64,000 bases of DNA from an uncultured bacterium (GTDB lineage: Bacteria > Fidelibacterota > Marinisomatia > Marinisomatales > UBA1611), in NCBI GenBank assembly GCA_965660855.1, contig CBFIBM010000004.1:44698-108697 (forward strand), in the 5' to 3' direction. Made by a program: the position numbers and the translations under genes. A model generated the notes under the pieces. It made no database searches. It had not been told where the DNA came from and saw only the letters and a program-made list of their open reading frames with translations. Shown piece after piece: positions 10,463 to 20,992 of the stretch (positions are counted from its first letter, which is position 1; each line of letters opens with the position of its first letter).

Positions 10463-11410
10463 CTAATCCCCCAACCATAATTCATTTAATTCTTTTGCAT
10501 ATTCTTTTTTTACTTTTTTTACAAACTCAACATTACTTGCATGCCCAGCTCTTGCTGCAGTAACATGTCCTTTAATTGGAACACCTAACAACGCTAAGTC
10601 TCCAATGAGATCCAAAGTTTTATGTCTAACTGGTTCATTCTTAAAACGTAGAACTTTTCCATTTAAAATACCGTTAGCTCCTTGGATTATATTATCTTCT
10701 ATTCCGAATAAATCTTTTAATCTTTCCATTTCTATATTATCAATTACTTTATCTATTATCACAACTGCATTATCTAAGGCGCCGCCTCTTATTAGTCCTT
10801 TTTCTTTAAGCATTTCCACTTCACTTAAAAAGCAAAAAGTCCTTGCTGGAGCAACCTCAAACGCAAAATCTTCTTCCATGTTATAAATTGCCTCATATTG
10901 AGTTCCTAAAGCCGGAAGTGGATATTCAACCATAAAAGTAATTCTAAACCTATCAGATGGAATTACATGTATATCTATATCTCTGTAAGGATTTGTGTAG
11001 TTTACTGCTCTTGTTATTTCAAGAACTTTTCGTTCTTTCTTTTGTAGTTTAATTCCGGCTTTAATTAAGCACTCCACAAAATCCTTTGCACTACCATCCA
11101 TTACTGGAGGCTCTTTACCTGTTAATTCGATCAGTATGTTGTCAATTCTTAATCCACTTACCGCAGCCAAAGCATGTTCTACTGTGTGGATTCTAACATC
11201 ATTCTCTTCAATAGTTGTTCCTCTAGAAATATCAACTACATGGTCAATATCTGCCTTTATTTCTGTACGACCAGGTATATCTGACCTTATGAATCTGATT
11301 CCATAATTTTCAGGAGCAGGATGAAATGTTATTTTTGTTTTAACTCCAGTATGTAATCCAACACCTTCACATGATTGGGAAGACCTTATTGTTCTTTGTT
11401 TTCTTTCCAT
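10463..11410 (-). CDS. lpxC: UDP-3-O-acyl-GlcNAc deacetylase LpxC
   Basis: GVGLHTG, TVEH, ARTF, HKTLDLIGDL, AGH. Confidence 0.97.
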   Translation of the reverse strand: MERKQRTIRSSQSCEGVGLHTGVKTKITFHPAPENYGIRFIRSDIPGRTEIKADIDHVVDISRGTTIEENDVRIHTVEHALAAVSGLRIDNILIELTGKEPPVMDGSAKDFVECLIKAGIKLQKKERKVLEITRAVNYTNPYRDIDIHVIPSDRFRITFMVEYPLPALGTQYEAIYNMEEDFAFEVAPARTFCFLSEVEMLKEKGLIRGGALDNAVVIIDKVIDNIEMERLKDLFGIEDNIIQGANGILNGKVLRFKNEPVRHKTLDLIGDLALLGVPIKGHVTAARAGHASNVEFVKKVKKEYAKELNELWLGD

Positions 11411-11412
11411 AG

Positions 11413-12411
11413 TTATTCTTTTAAACTATCCTGTTCTTTAAAAATTTTACTAACCTTATTAATTATAGCTTCTCTTTTATTATGCTCTCTAATTTCTCTT
11501 GCAGGGTACCCGGCATAGACTCTCCCACCCTTGAGTGACTTTGTTACACCCGATTTGGCTGCAAATATTGATTTAGGTCCTATTTGAATATGGCCAGCTA
11601 CACCCACCTTACCAGCAAAAGTACAAAAATCTCCTACCAAAGTACTACCTGAAATACCAAATTGAGCAGCTATTAGACACCCCTTCCCAATATTTACATT
11701 ATGAGCTATATGGATTAAGTTATCTAACTTAGAGCCCTCACCAATTAAAGTACTCCCAATTGTACCTCTATCAATTGAACAATTTGATCCTATTTCAACA
11801 TTATTTTCAATTTTTACATTACCAGTTTGAAGTATCTTATAATGGTAATTTTTATGTGTTACATAACCAAATCCATCTGAACCAATTACACTACCGCTGT
11901 GAATTTCAACATTTTCCCCAATAATGGTATCATTATATATTGTTACATTCGGATGGATAATGGTATTTTGACCAATTTTAACATGCTCTCCGATGAAAGT
12001 ATTTGACCCAATAATAGTATTTTTATTAATAATGGATTTAGACATAATATTAACGCCTGATTCAATTACTACATCTTCTTCTATTATTGAGTTTTTACTT
12101 ATATTTGAATTTTTATGAATAGAGCCTTTTCTCTTTTTTTTAGGGAAAAAAAGCTCTAGTGTCTTAGCCATTGCTAGTTGAGGGTTTTCAACGACAATTC
12201 CATCTCTATTCTTGAGCAGGGATGAGCTATTAACTAATACCGCTGAAGATTTTGTTTTTGCTAAATATTTCTTATAAATTGGATTAGAAAGAAAAGTAAT
12301 TGTTCCTTTACGACTATTTTGAATTTCAGAGACACCGTTGATCAAGAGCTTTTCGTTTCCAAATAATTGACCATTAACGTGATCGGATATCTCACCTAAT
12401 GTGAGTTTCAA
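11413..12411 (-). CDS. lpxD: UDP-3-O-acylglucosamine N-acyltransferase LpxD
   Basis: Hexapeptide repeats, [26 protein letters not shown] start. Confidence 0.96.
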   Translation of the reverse strand: MKLTLGEISDHVNGQLFGNEKLLINGVSEIQNSRKGTITFLSNPIYKKYLAKTKSSAVLVNSSSLLKNRDGIVVENPQLAMAKTLELFFPKKKRKGSIHKNSNISKNSIIEEDVVIESGVNIMSKSIINKNTIIGSNTFIGEHVKIGQNTIIHPNVTIYNDTIIGENVEIHSGSVIGSDGFGYVTHKNYHYKILQTGNVKIENNVEIGSNCSIDRGTIGSTLIGEGSKLDNLIHIAHNVNIGKGCLIAAQFGISGSTLVGDFCTFAGKVGVAGHIQIGPKSIFAAKSGVTKSLKGGRVYAGYPAREIREHNKREAIINKVSKIFKEQDSLKE

Positions 12412-12417
12412 ACTAAG

Positions 12418-12945
12418 TTACTTTTTAGATTCTAAGTTTCTTAATTCATGCAAGACATCATCTGTCATATCATACTTTGGCTTAAAATAAAGTAGACCAA
12501 CCGATGCGTCAATGATATAATCAAATCCTCCATCAATAGCAACTTTATCGACTGCTTCTTTAACTTTTCCTAAAATTTCATATTCCATTTGAGCTTGTTT
12601 TTTCATTAATTCACCTTGTGGACCAACTTTCTCAGCCTGATAATTTTGGATAGATCTTTCCATTTGAGCTAATTCTTGTTTTATACTTTCTCCTTTATCA
12701 AGAGCCATCAAGCGTTTAACCTCATAATCTTGTTTTAAACTATCCATTTTTAGAACCATCTGATCAAACTCTAACTGAACTTTTCTATACTCTAACTGTA
12801 ATTGTGATTCAGCCTCTTTAAATTCTTCAAATTCTGTCCTAATACGCTCTGATAAAATATATCCAATTTTTAATTGTGCTGATACGGTACTTATCATACC
12901 TAAATATGCTATAAAAAAAATAATTATACGTGATAAACCTTTCAC
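12418..12945 (-). CDS. skp: Periplasmic chaperone Skp/OmpH
   Basis: Signal peptide, LKIGYI, coiled coil, DMTDDVL; located between bamA and lpxD. Confidence 0.9.
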   Translation of the reverse strand: MKGLSRIIIFFIAYLGMISTVSAQLKIGYILSERIRTEFEEFKEAESQLQLEYRKVQLEFDQMVLKMDSLKQDYEVKRLMALDKGESIKQELAQMERSIQNYQAEKVGPQGELMKKQAQMEYEILGKVKEAVDKVAIDGGFDYIIDASVGLLYFKPKYDMTDDVLHELRNLESKK

Positions 12946-12961
12946 ACTTCCCTCCTATTAA

Positions 12962-15388
12962 TTAAAATTGTTGTCCAAATGTCAATGTTGTTTTCCAGGC
13001 AGGATCCAATTCCCCAGAAGAATCAACTCTGTCGAATCCATATCCAATATCAAATCCAAGTTTTCCTATCATTGGCATAAAAAACCTAATTCCTGCTCCA
13101 ACAGACCTTTTTAAATCCATAGGGCCATTTCTTGGAAGGTTTAATCTCTCCATTAAATCATTTGAAGACCAAATATTTCCCATTTCGGCAAATACTATAC
13201 CGTAAACTACGGGATTTTCTGCAAATGGCACTCTAAATTCTGTCCCAATTTTCACCATAGTATTTCCACCAATAGGATTACCACTTGTAGTGAGAGGCCC
13301 CACTCTATTGTCATCGTATCCCCTTAGAGGATTACCATATGGAATTCCATTTCCTCCCATTATAAAACGATCATTGTAGGGAATAAAAGAAATCCCCCCA
13401 TTTTTTGAAGGGAGTTCCTTTATAACACCAATTTTAAAAGAATTTGTCAATACAAATTTCCAAAAAGTAGGTGTATACCATTCTAAGTTTAATGTGTGTT
13501 TGTGAAAATTTTCTTGTCCTCCTAAAGCCCAACCGGATAATGTTGAGTTTAAGGAGAAATGGGAACCTAATGTTGGGAATTCAGGATGATCTCTACTATC
13601 CCTCCTTAAAGATTGAGTCAAAGAGATACCATCGGATTGTTTCATACCACCTGCATATCTATCAAGATCTTCTTGAGTCCCTTTATTAATTCTTCTAGCC
13701 ATTTGAAAGGACCATGTTCCTCTAAAAAAGTCATCTGGCCACTTAAAAATTCTACCCCACATAATACTTCCACCAGCGAGTGTTGTAAGTAACGGGGAAT
13801 AATAAGCAGTTGAACCTCCTCCTTGTAATCTATAAAAAACAGACCCACCTAATAAGTTTTTAGTATCATTAACCATCGGGTCTGTGAAGCTGATGCTAGC
13901 TGTTCTGTATTTTGGTTGATTCGAATTAAAATTTTGATAATTATACGATGAATTTGATCCACCAACATTTGTTCCTACATTAAAACTAAAACTAAAACTT
14001 TGTCCTTTCCCTCTAAAGTTAGGAAGTGCAAGTCCACCACCACCTGTCATTCCCAAGGATTGGGTATAGCCCATGTTTGCGCTAGCTTGTCCTGCTGGTT
14101 TTTCTTCAACCGTAAATTCAATATCTACCTTGTCTTCAGAAACTGGTAAAATATTTGGATTTGCATTCGCAAAAAAATTTAGCATCATAACTTCTCGATA
14201 ACTACGAGCAATTCTATCTTGGTTGTATACATCACCTGGGAAAATTCTTAACTGCCTTCTTATGACATTTTCACGTGTTCTTGTATTCCCAACTATAGAA
14301 ATATTATCTATATATACTTTATGATTTTCAACTATTGAAAACTTTACATCCAAAGAATCTTTTTCTACTGGTGTTACTTGAGGCTCAATACGACTATAGA
14401 TGTATCCCCTATCTAGATAAAGACCTTGAACTCTAGAAAAAACAGCCATATTGAAGGCCTCTTCATTATAAATATCGCCTTTCTCTAAGGCAAGCGCTCT
14501 ATTCAATTCTGTTTGAGTAAATAAAGACATACCTTCCCAGGAAAAATTTCTGTATTTATACGGGGGACCTTCTTCAACTTTAATTATTAAATTCATCTTT
14601 CTTTTATTCTTAGAATAATTTATTGAATCACTAACAATACTAAAGTCTCTATATCCTTTGTTCTTATAAAATGCGGATAGCAGAAGAAGATCTTCATCAA
14701 ATTTCTTATTATCAAATGTAGATCTCCAAAAGAAATACCAGGGCTGTTGCTTTGTTTCTTTTAATTGCCATCTAAGTCTAAAATCAGAAAAAGTTTCATT
14801 TCCTTCAAATACTACTTTACCAATTTTAGTTTTATTATTTTCTTTAATAGTAAAACGTATATTTCTAGCTAACTCTTTACCTCTTCCTCCAAATAAAGTA
14901 ATTTTTTCTTTTGGAACTACTAATGATGAGCTAACCTGAATATTTAAAAACCCCTTCTCCGCGTATAGTCTTTTTATTATTTCTTCCGCTTTTTTAATGG
15001 TATTAGGTTTTATTCTTTGCCCTTCAGAAAAAGATAATTCTTCATCAAGTTTAGAATTTTTTAATTTTCTATTACCGTTATACAATATTTTATTCAACAC
15101 ATAGTTTTCTGAAACTGCAATGATTATAGATAGACCTTTGGAAGATTCTTCATCGTATTCTATTTGTATATCTTGGAATAGACCTAGTTTCCACAATCGC
15201 TTTATTGCTCTAGGAAAATCAACAGGCGATATACTTTGCCCTTCCTTAATTCCTGCAGTAAATAAAATTGTATTTTCAGAAGTAATAATATTTCCCCTAA
15301 CGCTAACTTTATTAATTATAATCTTCTGATTTGCATTTTGAGTAAAACAAAATAAATGAAAAAAAAGATAAATAAATAAAATCTTCAT
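12962..15388 (-). CDS. bamA: Outer membrane protein assembly factor BamA
   Basis: POTRA repeats (GN...T, Y...GY), LRGY motif in loop 6, C-terminal FGQQF. Confidence 0.96.
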   Translation of the reverse strand: MKILFIYLFFHLFCFTQNANQKIIINKVSVRGNIITSENTILFTAGIKEGQSISPVDFPRAIKRLWKLGLFQDIQIEYDEESSKGLSIIIAVSENYVLNKILYNGNRKLKNSKLDEELSFSEGQRIKPNTIKKAEEIIKRLYAEKGFLNIQVSSSLVVPKEKITLFGGRGKELARNIRFTIKENNKTKIGKVVFEGNETFSDFRLRWQLKETKQQPWYFFWRSTFDNKKFDEDLLLLSAFYKNKGYRDFSIVSDSINYSKNKRKMNLIIKVEEGPPYKYRNFSWEGMSLFTQTELNRALALEKGDIYNEEAFNMAVFSRVQGLYLDRGYIYSRIEPQVTPVEKDSLDVKFSIVENHKVYIDNISIVGNTRTRENVIRRQLRIFPGDVYNQDRIARSYREVMMLNFFANANPNILPVSEDKVDIEFTVEEKPAGQASANMGYTQSLGMTGGGGLALPNFRGKGQSFSFSFNVGTNVGGSNSSYNYQNFNSNQPKYRTASISFTDPMVNDTKNLLGGSVFYRLQGGGSTAYYSPLLTTLAGGSIMWGRIFKWPDDFFRGTWSFQMARRINKGTQEDLDRYAGGMKQSDGISLTQSLRRDSRDHPEFPTLGSHFSLNSTLSGWALGGQENFHKHTLNLEWYTPTFWKFVLTNSFKIGVIKELPSKNGGISFIPYNDRFIMGGNGIPYGNPLRGYDDNRVGPLTTSGNPIGGNTMVKIGTEFRVPFAENPVVYGIVFAEMGNIWSSNDLMERLNLPRNGPMDLKRSVGAGIRFFMPMIGKLGFDIGYGFDRVDSSGELDPAWKTTLTFGQQF

Positions 15389-16140
15389 TAAGAATTACCA
15401 ACTTGTTCACTAACCTTACCAAACCTTCTTTCCCTACTTTGATAATCAATTAATGCTTTTATTAATTCCTCCTTCCTAAAATCTGGCCAGTATGTATCGG
15501 TCATATAAATTTCAGTATATGCACTCTGCCATAAAAGAAAATTACTAAGTCTACTTTCCCCGCTTGTCCTTATCATTAAATCAGGATCAGGAATCAAATT
15601 GGTGTAAAGATGCTTAGAGAAGAGTTGTTCATTTATATCATCCAGATTTATTGAGCCCTTAAGAACATTTTTTGCTAAAATTTTTGTGGCTTGTATTATT
15701 TCATGACGACTTCCATAATTTAAAGCAAGAGAAAGGCTTAAACCTGTGTTTTGTCTAGTTAAATCTATTCCTTTTTGTAAACCTCCACTTGTACTTTTGG
15801 GTAACATATCTAGATCTCCAATCACATTAAATTTTACATTGTTTCTATGGAGATCCTTAACTTCTTTATTAATTGTTTTCAATAATAATTTCATCAAAGC
15901 TGTCACCTCTGCCTTTGGCCTCTTCCAGTTCTCTTTCGAAAAAGTATACAAGGTTAAAAATTTTACCCCAATTTCTCCACATATACGTGTGACCTCTCTG
16001 ACAGAATTGATTCCTTCCCGATGTCCTGCAATTCGGGGTAATAGTTTTTTTCTAGCCCATCTACCATTTCCATCCATTATTATAGCTATGTGTCTTGGAA
16101 CATGATCTAATGAAATTCTGTTTTTTATATCGAGTTTCAT
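15388..16140 (-). CDS. uppS: Undecaprenyl diphosphate synthase
   Basis: HIAIIMDGNGRWA, RTSGESRLSNFLLWQ, RERRFG. Confidence 0.97.
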   Translation of the reverse strand: MKLDIKNRISLDHVPRHIAIIMDGNGRWARKKLLPRIAGHREGINSVREVTRICGEIGVKFLTLYTFSKENWKRPKAEVTALMKLLLKTINKEVKDLHRNNVKFNVIGDLDMLPKSTSGGLQKGIDLTRQNTGLSLSLALNYGSRHEIIQATKILAKNVLKGSINLDDINEQLFSKHLYTNLIPDPDLMIRTSGESRLSNFLLWQSAYTEIYMTDTYWPDFRKEELIKALIDYQSRERRFGKVSEQVGNS

Positions 16141-16251
16141 GGATTTATAATGAGATATTTTATGATTGCCTATTTTTTAAAGGATAAAATTTAATAGTAT
16201 ATACAATTTTATACTTAAAAAAAATTAGAATTGTTCCAATCTAGAAAAATT

Positions 16252-17367
16252 CTATTTGCTCTGGAAATCTATTTGGATTAAGAGGTTCTCAGTAATTCTT
16301 GTATAAAAATTTTTTGACGATGAATCTGTTTCTTGGGCAGTAATAGGCACGCCATCATCAGTTGCTAGCATTATTCTTTCTAATATCGGAATTTTACCTA
16401 AGAGAGGGACATCTAATCGCTTACTTTCTATCTCTCCACCACCTTTTTTGAACAGATCAAGAACAACATTAAACTTACCCTCTTTAGATATTTCTATATT
16501 TTTTCCATTTACTTCCAATTTAGTATCTTTATTTAATTCAGAAAGGGAACCATTTATAGAAAGACCTGACATGTTCTCAATGACACCTAAAACAGGTGTG
16601 TTTACTTTTGTAAACATATCTGCTCCTTTTCTAACATCTGCTAATGCCATATCTTGTGGTGTTGTTACAATCACGGCTCCAGTCATCTTTAACTTTTGAG
16701 TTAAAGTAAGTTGTATATCTCCAGTGCCAGGAGGAAGATCTAAAATCATAAAATCAAGGTCACCCCACTCTACATCCTTAAAAAATTGCTCAGTCATTCT
16801 AGATACTAAAGGCCCTCTCCATATTACAGGAGTCTCATTACCGCTTATAAACCCAAAGCTCATCACTTTCATACCATATTTTTCTAAGGGGATAAGTTTT
16901 TTGTCATTGGTCATTTCTGGTTGCTCATTTATACCTAATGCTATAGGTAATGAAGGACCATATATATCTAAGTCAAGAAGACCAACTTTATAACCTTTTT
17001 TAGCAAGCGAACAAGCAAGGTTAACAGCAACAGTTGATTTTCCAACACCTCCTTTCCCACTTGCGACTGCTATTATATTTTTTACATTACTTAGTGATGG
17101 TTTTTGTGGTGTTAATGAAGCATTTGGTGAAGAATCTGTGTTTGCTAAAGCAATCTCGACCTCATTATAATCTTTTTTTAATGTAGCCTTAATACTTTCA
17201 ATTACTTGAGATTTTTTGTCTTCATTTTTTGTAGACAAATTAAGTGTAATCACAACTCTTTGACCTACAATTTCAATATCTTTAACCATTCCAAAGGAAA
17301 TTATATCCCTTGAAAAACCTGGGTAATTAATCGTTGATAACTTTTTTAATATTTCTTCTTTATTCAT
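16252..17367 (-). CDS. mrp: Mrp/ApbC/NBP35-family P-loop ATPase
   Basis: N-terminal DUF59-like domain, SGKGGVGKST, DIYGPS, DLPPGTGD, ENMS; the usual CxxC after ENMS is missing. Confidence 0.92.
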   Translation of the reverse strand: MNKEEILKKLSTINYPGFSRDIISFGMVKDIEIVGQRVVITLNLSTKNEDKKSQVIESIKATLKKDYNEVEIALANTDSSPNASLTPQKPSLSNVKNIIAVASGKGGVGKSTVAVNLACSLAKKGYKVGLLDLDIYGPSLPIALGINEQPEMTNDKKLIPLEKYGMKVMSFGFISGNETPVIWRGPLVSRMTEQFFKDVEWGDLDFMILDLPPGTGDIQLTLTQKLKMTGAVIVTTPQDMALADVRKGADMFTKVNTPVLGVIENMSGLSINGSLSELNKDTKLEVNGKNIEISKEGKFNVVLDLFKKGGGEIESKRLDVPLLGKIPILERIMLATDDGVPITAQETDSSSKNFYTRITENLLIQIDFQSK

Positions 17368-17378
17368 AATCTTTTAAT

Positions 17379-17407
17379 AAAAAAAAACGGCTGTTTATAA
17401 ACAGCCG
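17379..17407 (-). terminator. Rho-independent terminator after the ferredoxin gene
   Basis: Perfect palindrome CGGCTGTTTATAAACAGCCG (17388-17407) followed on the minus strand by a 9-nt T run. Confidence 0.85.
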
Positions 17408-17432
17408 CTTCCGATAAGTTTATAAGAGTTAT

Positions 17433-17738
17433 TTATCCTGGGTAATCCCTTCCGAACCACTCATAATTTATTTTTATATACTTATTCCATTCTTCAGGAA
17501 CTTCACTTTCTTCAAATATTGCTTCAACAGGGCACTCAGGTTCACAAGCACCACAATCAATACACTCTTCAGGGTCAATGTAAAGAGAATCTTTTTCATC
17601 TGGAACAAAACCATCTACTTTTGCCTCAGCACCGGCTCCTTCTTTATCATGAGGACCATGGATACAATCCACTGGGCAAACCTCGACGCAAGCGGTGTCA
17701 CAAGTCCCAACACAAGGTTCCGCAATGATATAAGTCAT
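17433..17738 (-). CDS. Dicluster ferredoxin (FdxA/7Fe-like)
   Basis: CVGTCDTACVEVCPVDC and CIDCGACEPECP motifs; AGGAG RBS. Confidence 0.93.
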   Translation of the reverse strand: MTYIIAEPCVGTCDTACVEVCPVDCIHGPHDKEGAGAEAKVDGFVPDEKDSLYIDPEECIDCGACEPECPVEAIFEESEVPEEWNKYIKINYEWFGRDYPG

Positions 17739-17867
17739 AATAGTACTCCTACTTAGTTAATTATTTTATTACTTGATTCAATTTAAAATTTAATAGGAAA
17801 ATATTCTTCTTAAAAACATTTTACATAGTTCATCAGAAAAATTATCTGAAAACTAATTTTTTAAGCA

Positions 17868-18221
17868 TTATTCAGAAATATATAATTTTCTATTTTGTAA
17901 TTCAGTCATTGTTTTAACTTGTTTAATCTCTTCGACTGCACCTTTTATTTTATCATCTAACTTTTTCAAAATTTTATCATTGGTGGCCATATTATTACTT
18001 AGCTGTATAAAGTCCTTATTTGCAACTATGACTTTATCTTTTGATGTATTCGCATCTTCAATTAACACATCAAGCTGATTTTCAATTTGATTTATTTTCG
18101 CTTTTAAACTATCTGACTGATCATTACTATTTATAACTCTAGAGTTGATCATAAAAAGGCCAATCAGTACTAAAAAAATATTAAAAGCTAGAAGTGCAGT
18201 AGTTGTGTTCTCTTTTTTCAT
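17868..18221 (-). CDS. Hypothetical membrane-anchored coiled-coil protein
   Basis: One N-terminal TM helix followed by heptad-like sequence. Confidence 0.7.
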   Translation of the reverse strand: MKKENTTTALLAFNIFLVLIGLFMINSRVINSNDQSDSLKAKINQIENQLDVLIEDANTSKDKVIVANKDFIQLSNNMATNDKILKKLDDKIKGAVEEIKQVKTMTELQNRKLYISE

Positions 18222-18282
18222 AGAATGTATTTTATTTAATGTTAAAGAAGATTATAAGTGCATTAATTATATTTGAAAATAA

Positions 18283-18789
18283 TTAGTACATACTCATAAT
18301 ACCAAGAATTATTAAAATAAAATATGGAACTAAATCAGCTGCGCCAATATAATCTTTTGCTATTCTTTGCCCCAATAACAGAAAAATTAAAGTAATTGCA
18401 ATATGAACAAAACCATAAAAAATCCATAAAGTTGTTCTTTCTGAAAATGAAAAATAGACGCCATAAACCAATATTAACCCGCCAATTAATTCAAGAATCG
18501 TTAAAATTGAAAGTAATAATGGATATATTTTCCTAAAAATACTTTTTGAGAACTGAACTTTAAAATATTCTAAATTTTCTTCTCGGTAAAAAATTTTATC
18601 TAATCCTGATTGGATAAAAACTATTGCTATAAAAATTGCAATTAAAATTTGACATAGGACCAGAGGGTCCTTAAATGCTACACCTAAGAGTTCAATTCTA
18701 TCTCCATATCGCTCAGCTACAGACTGTGCCAAACTGTAATTAAATATGATTATACTAGTAAAAACTAATTTTAAATAATATTTTAACAA
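18283..18789 (-). CDS. DoxX-family membrane protein
   Basis: FIQSGLDK, LELIGG and GQRIAKDY motifs; TTG start with GAGG RBS. Confidence 0.8.
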   Translation of the reverse strand: MLKYYLKLVFTSIIIFNYSLAQSVAERYGDRIELLGVAFKDPLVLCQILIAIFIAIVFIQSGLDKIFYREENLEYFKVQFSKSIFRKIYPLLLSILTILELIGGLILVYGVYFSFSERTTLWIFYGFVHIAITLIFLLLGQRIAKDYIGAADLVPYFILIILGIMSMY

Positions 18790-18802
18790 TGTAATACCTC
18801 TT

Positions 18803-19507
18803 CTAGGTTATAAGTTTTAAAACTTGATTTCTAACATGCTCTTTTAAGTCAACAATAGACATTTCAGAGTAATCTTCTTTGAAAATTGGCTTTCCGAATA
18901 TTATTGTTAATCTACCAGGTCTTATTCGCCAATCTGTTTTGTTCTTAGCCTCAAAAGCACCAACTAACCCTACCGGTATAATCGTTGCTCCTGAATTTTT
19001 TGCTAAATGAAATGGACCTTTTTTAAATAACCCTAATTCACCGTTTATAGTTCTCGTTCCTTCAGGAGCAATAATTAAAGAATCTCCTTGTCTTAGTTTA
19101 TCTTCCGCTAAAGATAGACTATTTAATGCTTTTTTTAATTTTTTCCTATGAATAGGGATTATCCCATACTTTCTTAAAACATGCCCCCATAATGGATATT
19201 TGAAAATTTCAACAGCGGCAACAGCAGTTAAATAATGCTCAACATATGCTCCAATCATAAATTGATCAAACATAGAACAATGGTTAAACATATATATATA
19301 CGGCTGATCCTTTTTAGGTGGTTGTAAGTTTTTTTTATTTAAAAGTTGTCCTCCAAATAAGCACCAAAACCAACAAATCGGTCTTAGAAGAAAATATAGT
19401 TTTTTAGATGGGATTATTAAAATTAATAAAAATATAATCATCAAGGATAATACAGTGTATATTAACCATATTGGCCATATTATTAATGAAATAAAAAATT
19501 TAAACAT
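18803..19507 (-). CDS. plsC: 1-acyl-sn-glycerol-3-phosphate acyltransferase (PlsC family)
   Basis: NHCSMFD (HX4D), PEGTR, FKKGPF. Confidence 0.88.
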   Translation of the reverse strand: MFKFFISLIIWPIWLIYTVLSLMIIFLLILIIPSKKLYFLLRPICWFWCLFGGQLLNKKNLQPPKKDQPYIYMFNHCSMFDQFMIGAYVEHYLTAVAAVEIFKYPLWGHVLRKYGIIPIHRKKLKKALNSLSLAEDKLRQGDSLIIAPEGTRTINGELGLFKKGPFHLAKNSGATIIPVGLVGAFEAKNKTDWRIRPGRLTIIFGKPIFKEDYSEMSIVDLKEHVRNQVLKLIT

Positions 19508-20564
19508 TTATATTTTTTTTTCTCATCATACCAAATATTTTGTGATTTATTTTTGAAAATGGATATAAAGTTACTTCTTTTAAAGAAATCCATTTATATT
19601 TTTTACCATTAAAACTTTCTAAGTTAAACAACATACAATTAAAAACTTTAACAGTAGCTGTGAAGTGTGAATATTTGTGGGATATAATTCCAATTGTATT
19701 GAATTTCATAATTTTTATATTAAATAAATCTTTTATTTTTTCTTGGTATATTTTTTCCAAATCACTTAGATCATCAACTCTAAAGTTGGGTAACTCCCAC
19801 AGACCGCCCAACATAGAATTTTCATTTCTCTTTGTAATTAAAAATTTTTTATTATGCCTTATAATACCTGCAATATATTGATATGTTGGTGCTTTTAATT
19901 TCTTAATTCTTTGTGGATAATTTTCAGGATTTTTTGATTTGAAGGCCTTGCACATGTAATTGAGGGGACAACTACCACATTTTGGATTTCTTGGGTTACA
20001 AATTAACGCTCCCAATTCCATCATACTTTGATTAAAGTCACCTGGTGATATATTAGGAATTAATCTTTCCAGAGTTTTTTTTACTCGTTTTTCATTAAAA
20101 GGAGTAGCTCTTTTTAGACCTAGTAATCTATAAATTACTCGCTTAACATTTCCATCAATAGTTACATACTTTTTACCGAATGCAATAGATAGTACTGCGG
20201 AAGCGGTATAATCACCCACTCCGGGTAAAGAAATAAACGTTTCCCAATCACTCGGTACATTACCATCGTATTTTTTACAAACTATTTTGGCGGCTTGATG
20301 AAAGTTTCTACACCGACTGTAATACCCAAGTCCTTCCCATAATTTTAGAAGGTTGTTTAAATTTTCTTGCGAAACTGAAAATAGAGTTGGATATTTTTTT
20401 AACCATTTATTATAATATGGAATTGCGGTTACAACTTTTGTTTGCTGAAGCATAACTTCAGAGAGCCAGATTTTATATGGATCTTTTGTCCATCTGAATG
20501 GTAAATCTCTTTTCTCAAACTTGAACCACTTTAAAATAGATGTTTCTAAATATTTTAATTGCAT
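19500..20564 (-). CDS. mutY: A/G-specific adenine glycosylase
   Basis: WLSEVMLQQT, WEGLGYYSR, HhH LPGVG, CX6CX2CX5C Fe-S motif, NUDIX-like C-terminus. Confidence 0.95.
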   Translation of the reverse strand: MQLKYLETSILKWFKFEKRDLPFRWTKDPYKIWLSEVMLQQTKVVTAIPYYNKWLKKYPTLFSVSQENLNNLLKLWEGLGYYSRCRNFHQAAKIVCKKYDGNVPSDWETFISLPGVGDYTASAVLSIAFGKKYVTIDGNVKRVIYRLLGLKRATPFNEKRVKKTLERLIPNISPGDFNQSMMELGALICNPRNPKCGSCPLNYMCKAFKSKNPENYPQRIKKLKAPTYQYIAGIIRHNKKFLITKRNENSMLGGLWELPNFRVDDLSDLEKIYQEKIKDLFNIKIMKFNTIGIISHKYSHFTATVKVFNCMLFNLESFNGKKYKWISLKEVTLYPFSKINHKIFGMMRKKNINV

Positions 20565-20992
20565 TATACAAATTTTTTTCTCTTGGACTTAAGAACCCCC
20601 CAATGTAACATCGATAAATTTTCAATTATTTCTTGTGATATAGAACCACCTACATTTTTTTCAACCTCCCCACCTAATTTTTCAATTTGTTTAATTAAAT
20701 TTCTTTGAACTTCAATTCCTCGAGGAGATAAAAAAACTTTGGTAATTCTTTTATCATCTAATTGCTGTTTTTTTTTAATCCATTTTTTATGCTTTAAACC
20801 ATCAACTAATCTAGTTAAAGTACTATTTTTGATACCTATTTTAAAAGCAAGCTGATTCATTTCAATCCCATCATTAGGAATAATAATTATAGCTATCAAT
20901 TGTTGATAAGACGCTCCAGGGTAAGAAACTCTTTGTCTAAAATAACTTTGTAAATCAATTAAAAACGTAGTAAAAATCTCACTATAATTCAT
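20564..20992 (-). CDS. MarR-family transcriptional regulator
   Basis: STLTRLVDGL...DKR winged-HTH pattern. Confidence 0.85.
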   Translation of the reverse strand: MNYSEIFTTFLIDLQSYFRQRVSYPGASYQQLIAIIIIPNDGIEMNQLAFKIGIKNSTLTRLVDGLKHKKWIKKKQQLDDKRITKVFLSPRGIEVQRNLIKQIEKLGGEVEKNVGGSISQEIIENLSMLHWGVLKSKRKKFV

